A DNA stretch of 63,250 nucleotides, counting the filler, from Choristocarpus tenellus KU-1152 (taxonomy: Eukaryota > Protista > Phaeophyceae): assembly GCA_964200185.2 (NCBI GenBank). It is 11 parts of 11 records of this genome, joined end to end, with 100 filler letters (N's around TTAATTAATTAA, not from the genome) between each part and the next. Parts side by side here need not be neighbours in the genome. Positions count along the whole stretch, not along the records: positions 52,291 to 59,635 come from CAXNAD020006299.1; positions 59,736 to 63,250 come from CAXNAD020019517.1; 9 more parts are not named here. One strand, given 5' to 3'. Positions 54,335 to 63,250 of the stretch are shown here, piece by piece. A program made the translations under genes and the position numbers. The notes beneath the pieces were generated by a model. That model was not told where the DNA came from. It ran no database searches and was given only the letters and a program-made list of their open reading frames with translations. The first letter of the stretch is position 1; each line of letters begins with the position of its first letter.

Positions 54335-55010
54335 ACACGCGCCGACCAAGGTAACATATAGAGAGGACAATCATGCACAGGTTCGTGCTTGATATAGGGC
54401 AGGCAGTAATGAATGAATTTCGATGAATTCTGTAGAACGGTAAAGGCCATCCATTTCCAAAGCGCGGCAAGACAGTTTGGGATGTGTGTGCCGATTTGAA
54501 ACAGTAATCCTGAGCAGGAAAACATTACTACGAATGGCGAATGTGAAAGATGAGGATGAAAGGAATTTATGCGCCGACCCGGGATAGATGTCGGGAGGGC
54601 AACCATGCACAGGTTCATGCTTGACATATGGGAGACAGTAATGATTGAATTTGATGTGTTCTGTCGAACGGTACAGGCCATCATTTTCCAAAGCGCGGCA
54701 AGTCAGTTGGGGGTGTGTGTGTCCATTTGAAATATGAACCTGAGCAGGAAAATATTACGTCGAACAGCGAAAGTGAAAGGTGAAGATGAAAGGAATTAAC
54801 GCGCCAAACCGGGTTGGATGTCAGGAGGGCAACCATGTGCAGGTTTGTGCTTCACATGTGTCAAATAGTAACGAATATATTTGATGTGTTCTGTCAAACG
54901 GTAAAGGCCATCAAATTCCAAAGCGTGGCAAGACGGTTGGGGGGTGTGTATGTTGATTTGAAACAAGAATCCTGAGCAGGAAAACATTACGTTGAACCGC
55001 AGAAGTGAAA
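54335..55010. repeat. Tandem array, ~231-bp unit, ~3 copies
   Basis: CATGYRCAGGTT at 54372, 54604 and 54834; CTGAGCAGGAAAA recurs with the same period. Confidence 0.9.
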
Positions 55011-55549
55011 GCATGAATGCACCAGTTTGATACATACATGTCCATTTTGGAACGTACTTCTAAGCACAAATTTGGTATGTTCTGTCGGTAGAAGCGATCA
55101 AATTCTAAGTTTAGGGGGGTTTTTGGACTAAGATATGCGCGCGTGATGATACCATCGTGCAAGTTGTATTGAGATTGCATTGCGATGCGATACGAACCTT
55201 ATCGGAAAGGTTCCAATGGTATCGGAACCCTTGCACGTGCGTATCGAAGTTGTCACCATGTCACACTCGACAGACGGATGTTGTGGTGCGTGTAATTGCA
55301 TCGTGGAATATTGCTTCTATTTCGGATCAGTATCGGATTACTCCCAACATATACGACTTCAACACATGTTCCAGTTTCGGAAAAAGGTTCGGTTGAATTC
55401 GCTGTAATCAATTCAGATGAAAGTTACTGAATTGATTCTACGTTGACATGTTCGCTGCAAGGTGAAATCTGTAAAGTGGCGGATTGGGATTAGTGTTCAA
55501 GATGTATGCAATGCTTTTTGGTTAGGGCTAGGGTTGGTATCATGGGTAT

Positions 55550-55798
55550 GGGTCGAAGTATCTTAGGGGTGGGGATACGTCCATTTGGCGGCCGAATTCA
55601 AATACTGCATTTTTGCTGTAATTCTCACCATCATTTTTGTTTGCAGATGTCGATGTTTCTGAACGCTCCTTTCCATAATGTACACATTGTACTTCTCCAA
55701 AAAAAATTGAGTAAGTATAATACCGTTGAAAACCCGCCGGCAGCCAAGCCTCAAAGGACAACCAGCAAAAAACTCGTACCCTCTAAGATACTTAGGCA
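55550..55798. mobile_element. MITE family 1, degenerate
   Basis: GGGTCGAAGTATCTTAGGGGT ... CGTACCCTCTAAGATACTT. Confidence 0.8.
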
Positions 55799-55899
55799 AC
55801 ATTGACTTCGGGGCTTTACGCTGTCAGTGACTGGGGTGGCAGAATACGATTTATGACCGGTTTCGAAAAAATATAATATGGATGCGACGGTCATGATTT

Positions 55900-57805
55900 C
55901 GTTGATACCACTATTGACAGCTGGTGTATACACGGTGGAAAAGGTAATGAATACAGGGCGTCAAATTTGAAATGTTGGTGACACCACCATTGACAGCTGG
56001 TGTGTACACGGTTGTAAAGGTAATAAATTACAGGGTATCAAATTTGAAAACGTTGGTGACACCACCATTGACAGCTGGTCTGTACACGGTTGTACAGGTA
56101 GTAAATACAGGGCATCGTATCTGAAAACGTTGGTGACACCACCATTGACAGCCGGAGTGTACACCGCTTGTAAAAAGGTAACAAATACAGGGCATCAAAT
56201 TTGAAAATGTTGGTATTACCACTGCTTACAGGTGGTGTGTACACGATTGTAAAGGTAATAAATACAGGGAAAATTTGAAAACGTTGGTGTGACACCACCA
56301 TTGACAGCTGGTGTGTACACGGTGGAAAGGGAATGAAAACAGGGCATCGGATTTGAAAATGTTGGTGACACCACCATTGACAGGTGTTGTGTACACGGCA
56401 GAGAAAAGGTAATAGTACAGGGCATCGAATCTGAAAACGTTGATATTACCACTGATGACAGCTGGTGTGTACACGACTGTAAAGGTAATAAATACAGGGC
56501 CTCAAATTTGAAAACGTTGGTATTACCACTGCTGACAGCTGGTGTGTACACGGTCGTCAAGCTAGTAAACAAAGGGCATCAAATTCGAAAACGTTGGTGG
56601 CTAAAAGTACCTTAGAGGGTAAGAGTTTTGCCCTCTCTGTCCATTTGGGGCTTGACTTCCCAAGGGTGTTTTGTGAAATTTTCCTACTTCAAAATATGTT
56701 TTGGAGTAGGTATAATATATACGTTATGAAAAGGTGTTTCCGGAACAGGGATATTGACACTTCCTAACAAACATGATAGCCAAAATTACATCAAAATCGC
56801 AACACTGGATTTTGGCCCCCAAATGGACGCGGCCCTACTCTCTAAGATACTTTGGCTCTGGTGACACCACCATTGACAGGTGGTGTGTACACGGTAGAAA
56901 AGGTAATAAATACAGGGCATCACATTTGAAAATATTGATATCACCACTGCTTACAGGTGGCGTGTACACGATTGTAAAGGTAATAAATACAGGGCATCGA
57001 ATTTGAAAACGTTGGGGACAACACCATTGACACAGGTGTTGTGTATACGGTGGTAAAGGTAATAAATACAGGGCATCGTATCTTAAAACGTTGGCGACAC
57101 CACTATTGACAGCTGGTGTGTACACGGTAGAAGCGGTATTAAATATAGGGCACTGAATTTGAAAATATTGGTACTACCACCATTGACAGGTGTTGTGTAC
57201 ACGGTTGTACAGGTAAAAATACAGAGCATCCCATTTCAAAATGTTGGTATTACCACTGCTTACAGGTGTTGTGTACACGGTTGTAAAGGTAACAAATACA
57301 GGGCATAGCATTTGAAAATGTTGGTATTACCACTGCTTACAGGTGGTGTGTAAACCATTGTATACGTAATAAATACAGGACATCAAATTCGAAAACGTTG
57401 GTATTGCCACTGCTGACAGCTGGTGTGTAAACGGTTGTAAAGGTAATAAATACGGGGCATCGAATCTGAAAATGTTGGTATTGCTGGTGATGTGAACATG
57501 ATTGGGAATGCAAATAAATACAAGGCATCGAACCCGAAAATGTTGGTATTACCACTGCTGACAGGTGGTGTGTACACGATTGTAAACGTAAAAAATACAG
57601 GCATCGAATTTGAAATTGTTGGTATTACCACTGCTGACAGGTGGTGTGTTCAAGGTCGTCAAGCTAGAAAATACAGGGCATCGAATTTGAAAACGTTGGC
57701 GACACCACCATTGACAGCTGGTGTGTACACGGTTGTAATGGTAATACAAATACGGGGCATTGAGTTTGAAAATGTTCGTGTTACCACCGCTGATAGCTGC
57801 TTGGT
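55900..57805. repeat. Tandem array, 77-bp unit, ~21 copies
   Basis: Consensus GACACCACCATTGACAGCTGGTGTGTACACGGTTGTAAAGGTAATAAATACAGGGCATCRAATTTGAAAACGTTGGT; interrupted by a MITE at 56599-56858. Confidence 0.95.
56599..56858. mobile_element. MITE family 1 inserted in the 77-bp array, TSD TGGT
   Basis: Neighbouring units show the empty site ACGTTGGTGACACC; here ACGT-TGGT[element]TGGT-GACACC. Confidence 0.93.
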
Positions 57806-59735
57806 ACAAGCTCCGAATACAAATGAGCACGTAAACATGTGTTGAGCCGTGAGGTTATGTTCACGACCGAGAAAAACGCAATGATGGGTAGATACGTTGG
57901 AAGCTCTTCAACACTGCACACGTCGCCAATCCAACAAAATCTGCCAGTGTCGACAGAGCCGTGGACTATACTGCGGAATGGACAGACCGGCGTGCATAGG
58001 TTTTACGCCGATTTTGACTCGACATTGCTTTCACCCGGTATTCTATCTGGAGCTTCCGACAAAATATTTGCACAGGTGGCAACATAGCAGTGGTGGACGA
58101 AATTGGTATGGTCATAGTTCTGAAGACCTTCGTACATAATGTGTTGAGGTCTCAATCTCTACCGCTTTGCACTGTATTGAAATGCGAGGGAATGTAATTA
58201 GGACCCTGCCTGTGTTGTGTCTGTTTGTATGGCCTATCTCGTGTGAATCGATGTAGCGTGGTGAACAGCAACGCCATGTAGACCTAACCCGGATTTGGGC
58301 TATACACAAAGAAACCAATAATGAGATCATTCCTAATGGGAGGGGCATGTTAGTGCTTTCGCAAAGGCCGAACACAAGACATGTTGGAACTCGGTATCAA
58401 GAGGAACACATACATAGGAATTGGCGGGATACGTTACACACCGCAAACGGCCGGTAGACGAGGATGGCTCGACTCCAGACGGGCGCGTTCGGTATGGCAC
58501 ACTATGAGACAATGTTTAGGTTGGGGGCCTAGACAAGGGGGTCATATAACCACTTGAGTACACATCACCATCATCATGTCAGCCACATGCTAATACATGC
58601 TACGTGAACAGACGAAAGCCGCAACATCCACCAAAGGCACTAAATCGTGATGGGGTGTTTGTGATATTGGTCATTCAGAGACGCTCCAGCGTAGGCTACA
58701 TGAAGGGTGAACGTTTCTTGTATGGGGACTCACCTTCTGGTTCCCTTTGGAGGCATGGCAGCGTTCGGTGGTTGGACTAAGCCTCTTAGTTGATTGCGGA
58801 ATGTCTGCATCTGGTGGGCACAATGGAAATGGGACAGAAGAAACGAACAGAAGGAGAGAGAGAAATGTTTTGTGCATCGAGGCAGGCCCAGAGAGGATGG
58901 CATATCGCGGTCGGTTCATATCATCCTCCAGCCGTATGCACCTGATAACCTTGCACGAAGTGGAAGTCTTGTCGTCTTTTTACCTTCCGACACGCCCGGT
59001 ATTTAGCGTCACATACAACGCACAGGGATAACCACAGATGAGCCCGATTCTCATGGAAGGGATACACACCTATCCTCTCTTGACCAAGAAAATATGGTCC
59101 TTTCAAGCTATTCTTTTTTCGGTTGTGTATCAACTGCACAATAATCAATAAAAGAACTGCCTTTATGGAACCTTGTACCCCTATTAATTAGTAGTATATG
59201 TATTGTGGCTATGAACAGGCTAGTCAGAGTGTTCCTTTTCCTCGGCAATAAAAAAGACGTTCTAATAAGGGGAATTTTGCTATCTTCACAGATGTATTGA
59301 TATGTCCATGTATCTCTACGACAGCGTTGAACTAGAAGATATACAGACATAAAAGTGAGAGTTTATGAAGTAATCTGAGTTTTGTGGGCGGAAGAATTCT
59401 GGTTGGTTGGGGGCATAGGACAAGCGTGGGTAGGGGAAAGAAAAAGAAGGAAGCAGGAAGAGAATGAATAGTTAAGGAAGGGACGAAATGGTTAATGGAA
59501 ATGAGTGGTAGATAAAGGGAAGGACAGCAGCCAGTCAGTGATAAATGGAAAGGAAACCAGGGGTACAAGACGAGGAGGGGAGAGACCAAGGCAACCTCCG
59601 AGCAAGCTTCTCGCCGGAGTGGATCAAGACATAACNNNNNNNNNNNNNNNNNNNNNNNNNNNNNNNNNNNNNNNNNNNNTTAATTAATTAANNNNNNNNN
59701 NNNNNNNNNNNNNNNNNNNNNNNNNNNNNNNNNNN

Positions 59736-60080
59736 TGGCCGCCAGGGCTCCAGCAATTGACGTTCGGCTTTTTCTTCAACGGACCACTGGAAGGGGTGGT
59801 GTGGCCGTCCGGGCTCCAGCAGTTGACATTTGGGAGGTGCTTCAACCAGCCAGTGACTGGTGTGACATGGCCAGCAGGATTGGAGCAACTGACGTTTGGA
59901 AGAGACTTCAACCAATCGGTGGAAAATGTGGTGTGGCCAGCAGGACTTCAAAGCCTAACATTTGGGGCTTGGTTCAATCAGTCGGTGGAGGGAATGGTAA
60001 AGCCAGCAGGACTCCAGGACCTGAACTTTGACAAGTTCCACACCAAAGAGGGAGATACGCAGATAAAACACAGTAGTTGA
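59736..60080 (+). CDS. FNIP-repeat protein, C-terminal part (5'-partial)
   Basis: About 4.5 22-aa repeats WPxGLQQLTFGxxFNQPVxGVx ending at TGA. Confidence 0.9.
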   Translation, partial: WPPGLQQLTFGFFFNGPLEGVVWPSGLQQLTFGRCFNQPVTGVTWPAGLEQLTFGRDFNQSVENVVWPAGLQSLTFGAWFNQSVEGMVKPAGLQDLNFDKFHTKEGDTQIKHSS

Positions 60081-63045
60081 AAACAAGATGTAGCGTAGAT
60101 ATGGTGGCGTTTCGAAATCGGGCCTTTGAAAAGTAATCATTGGCTATGTTCTGTTTTTTATGTCCCTAGTTCATAGATACTCATGATGTTGGGAATGCCA
60201 TAGATGGATGACTGCCCCCAATAGATACTAGAGATTGATTTTGGTCTGAATGCAATCGTTGATATTAAAAGCATACGTAGAACATCGTTTTTTTGCTGTC
60301 TGGTTTACTCCTATTTTCAGATTTGCCTATTGGGAGTGGTAGGTGTGTGGTTATGATGTGATGGCTTTCACCATTTGAGATGTATCATACATGTCGTAGC
60401 CTGCAAAGACGTAACTCAGCTATATCAAACATCATGACACCGACATTATTTGCTGGTCATCGATATACTCTTCCCATGACAAATAGTGATTTAACAGGAA
60501 CAGTACCTTGTTGGGACCTACTATTGCTTGTGTTCTGGGTCTTAAGTCCTTTTTGTTTGAGGGCTGATGTCCTCCTTGCCGTCATTGTTTTTTGATGAAT
60601 CAACAGGTATCAGGAACCTAATAATATGGTTTGTCTCAAACTAGCTAGTAGTTACAACAAAAAATCTGATCGTAATACTGAATAGGTAAGAGTGCTAAAT
60701 AGTATGTACCTGATTTAAAGTAAAAGATTGCATTGAATTTGGAATGATTTGCAGGACAAGGAGGGGAGCCTTCTATGAGAAGTATGTATTATGTTCTTGG
60801 CTGGTGCATACACAATACTTCTTCGGAGTACTTTCTGCCCCTTCTTGGACTATTTCCAATGTTTAGTGTTGTGCAACAGATGTGATTGGGCCCCTGACTT
60901 ACCTATGCTGCATGATCACTAATTTTTGGTGTTTTGACAACAGCTTTGCAGAAAAACAGCCAAAGTTGCGAACCCTATGGCTGACTTGCTCACCAATTCT
61001 TCTTTCTTCCACAAGCAGCAACCTCACTTCCTTCAGCTACCTGAGTGCCCTCACCCGCTCCTCTTATTATGCTTTGGAAGAAGTCATCTATTGTTTCTCA
61101 GTCACACCTCACTTGTGCGGAGACCCCCTGTCCTCCATTCAGTCATTCCCAAGTTACGTTTGATACCAGTGGGGTCCACTACTCTGCAAACAAGTAGGAA
61201 GCATAAATTGTTTCACTGCAGGGAAATACGACCATGACAAATACTTTCATCAACAAACGACAACGAATTATATATTACCCTTGCGTATTTGAGATATTTA
61301 TGTCCTACTCATTGATTTTTTCAGGTGTTGGTCTGTGAGCTTACACATAGAGAACAGACAATAAGAGTAGTTCTGTTGGGGTGCATTGTGTGCTTTAAGC
61401 TTGAAACCGTGGACTGGTGGGTCAATCGGACCTGGCAGACTCCTGGCATTCTTCCCACACTATTTGTTTCTATACCACCTTATTCAGCATACTAGCTGTT
61501 GTATCTGTAGCACATCTAGACCTTGGCGTTCTTTTTGAAAGATGTAATGGTGTAGCTCACGTGGGCATCTTTGCAGTAACCAATGGAGAGTCTTATTCTC
61601 TTGTGATTGTATCTTCTCTCTCCCCCTTACTAATTTTTTCCATCTGCAACCAAAATCGCAGTGGGCACATAGTATGTACTCCGAAGCAAAGTGTTACATA
61701 TTTTCATCTATGGGGAAATGTCCTGGGCCCCTTGCAGAATATATGCCAAAGACAAAAAGACGTGATAAGTGAGCGAGCTTGGTCATGGGACATATAAGCG
61801 ATAAATGCCACCTACAAATATTTTCAGCGTGTTGAGTTTGGATTGATACAAATGGGGGTTAGGAAGGAACAGATTGTCTTTGGACATAAATGCCTTGTGT
61901 TGAACGCTTTAAAATTCTGGACTTTCAGCATTCATTACTCCTACCAATCATCAGTATGTTGTTGGGGTTCCAGGGACATCTCCCTAATGATGCGAATAAA
62001 GGGGGTTTAATCAGCCTGAAACCGCAAAGTTAGACCACCAACACCAAAGAACAGGTCGTCATTCTCTAGACTTACGCGTAAACCATGCTCATTCAATTCA
62101 TGAAGGAGATATCACTGATCCTCAAGTAACCTAGAATGAGCTGAGGCTACAGGTTACCCCAAAATGATTTAGGATAAGATAAATCCGTTCCAAAGCAACG
62201 TGCCTTTTACTATCCTTTAAGTTAGATCAACGATCCAAACTACATTGCAACAACAGATGCCCAAGGGAGTGTTTCCCGTGTATATCATGTGGCACTTGCC
62301 CACCCTAGTAGGGGCAATCCATTTGAGCCTCAAAACGAAAGACTCAGACAAAGGGGGGGGGAAGAGGGAGAATAGGGTGAGACACCAGGGTATCGACCCA
62401 TCTTATTCTAGAGGTGGGTCAGGCGTCCATTGGGACCTGTGTGACCCTGGAGTGATTTCCTTGTCATTTGAGCAAACGTGTCAGATGTAAGGGCAAGGCT
62501 TGCAACATATTTTGGGTTACCGCTCCTGTAAACTGAGGACCCATATTGAACAGCTCCGTGTGCGGATAGTAACGTAAGGGAACATGGACCTTTACTACTC
62601 TAACAACACCCTGGCACATGCCACGGCTGTTATTTCTTCTAGGACAAAGAAATACAAGCAACTATTTATCATAATCCACTATTAATATGTACAAGCTCCC
62701 ACAATCACATCCTTCTTTAAAGGATTACATGATATCAACAACTATCGCTTGACCCTGATCATGAACAGCTATCCAACGGCAAAGATACAAGACGTCATTG
62801 CACCATCTATCTCCATTTTTCACAGTCTTAACAACAGTATCCTAGCCACGATTACGCAACCATGGAACATAGCGTTTGGCCTATCCCCTTCCACCTTCTG
62901 TCTTCTCATCCGACTATAATAGCACTCCAATTGCCCAAGGTCACCACAAAAAAGGACACTATTAAGGAGGGGTTTGACTACCCCAGGAGATGTTTATGCC
63001 ATCTAAATGCACACGCCATTGGATCCTACCAAATGTTTCTACACT

Positions 63046-63250
63046 GGCCCAGAGTATCTGGCGAGGGGGTGGCGGCTGTCCATTTGGAGCCCACTTTTCC
63101 AAGTCGCGATTTTTGGGTGATTTGGTTCCATATGTCGGATGGATCATTTAAGTTCCGAGCCAAAGTATCTTAGAAGGTAGATCCACGTCCATTTGGGGTC
63201 AAAATCCAATGGCGCGATTATGATGTAATTTTGGCTATCGTGTTTGTTAG
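63046..63250. mobile_element. MITE family 2 (from 63046) with a family 1 copy nested or adjacent (from 63157), cut by the window end
   Basis: GGCCCAGAGTATCTGGCGAGGGGG and GAGCCAAAGTATCTTAGAAGGTAG. Confidence 0.85.

Noticed and set aside
55900-57805. CRISPR array (regular period; ATTTGAAAAC resembles a CRISPR repeat end)
   Set aside because: The whole 77-bp unit is conserved, there are no unique spacers and no cas genes, and the context is eukaryotic.
8622-59735. Recurring TTAATTAATTAA motif and any cross-contig gene neighbourhood (e.g. PPR next to LHCF)
   Set aside because: Artificial concatenation linkers; adjacency across them has no biological meaning.
1-63250. Fanzor/TnpB cargo associated with the DNA transposons
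   Set aside because: I saw no RuvC or zinc-finger motif set in the frames inspected; an HMM search would be needed to exclude a decayed copy.

Overview
This window is not contiguous DNA. It is 11 small eukaryotic contigs (about 2.7-13 kb) joined by 10 artificial 100-nt linkers (N44-TTAATTAATTAA-N44). The content points to a photosynthetic stramenopile, most likely a brown alga or close relative (inference): an FCP/LHCF light-harvesting gene end, brown-algal-type FNIP and PPR repeats, intron-rich genes and TTAGGG tracts. Recognisable host genes are four exons of an ABHD/YheT-type alpha/beta hydrolase, two exons of CYB5D1, an LHCF C-terminus, a PPR array, an FNIP array and a frameshifted TKL kinase. 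Mobile DNA is abundant: RTE-like and CRE-like non-LTR relics, a Copia 3' end, a gag-like zinc knuckle and two plant-type mariner relics. The most striking feature is more than 20 copies of three related non-autonomous DNA-transposon (MITE) families. They share the terminus G-N4-AAAGTA and have 3- or 4-bp TSDs. In two families the TIRs carry a GT and an AG that could, hypothetically, be spliced in either orientation and leave an in-frame 24-nt footprint (introner-like); no copy here shows this working. Contig 52291-59635 is CpG-rich and holds an unidentified degenerate short-intron gene wrapped around a 77-bp and a ~231-bp tandem array.
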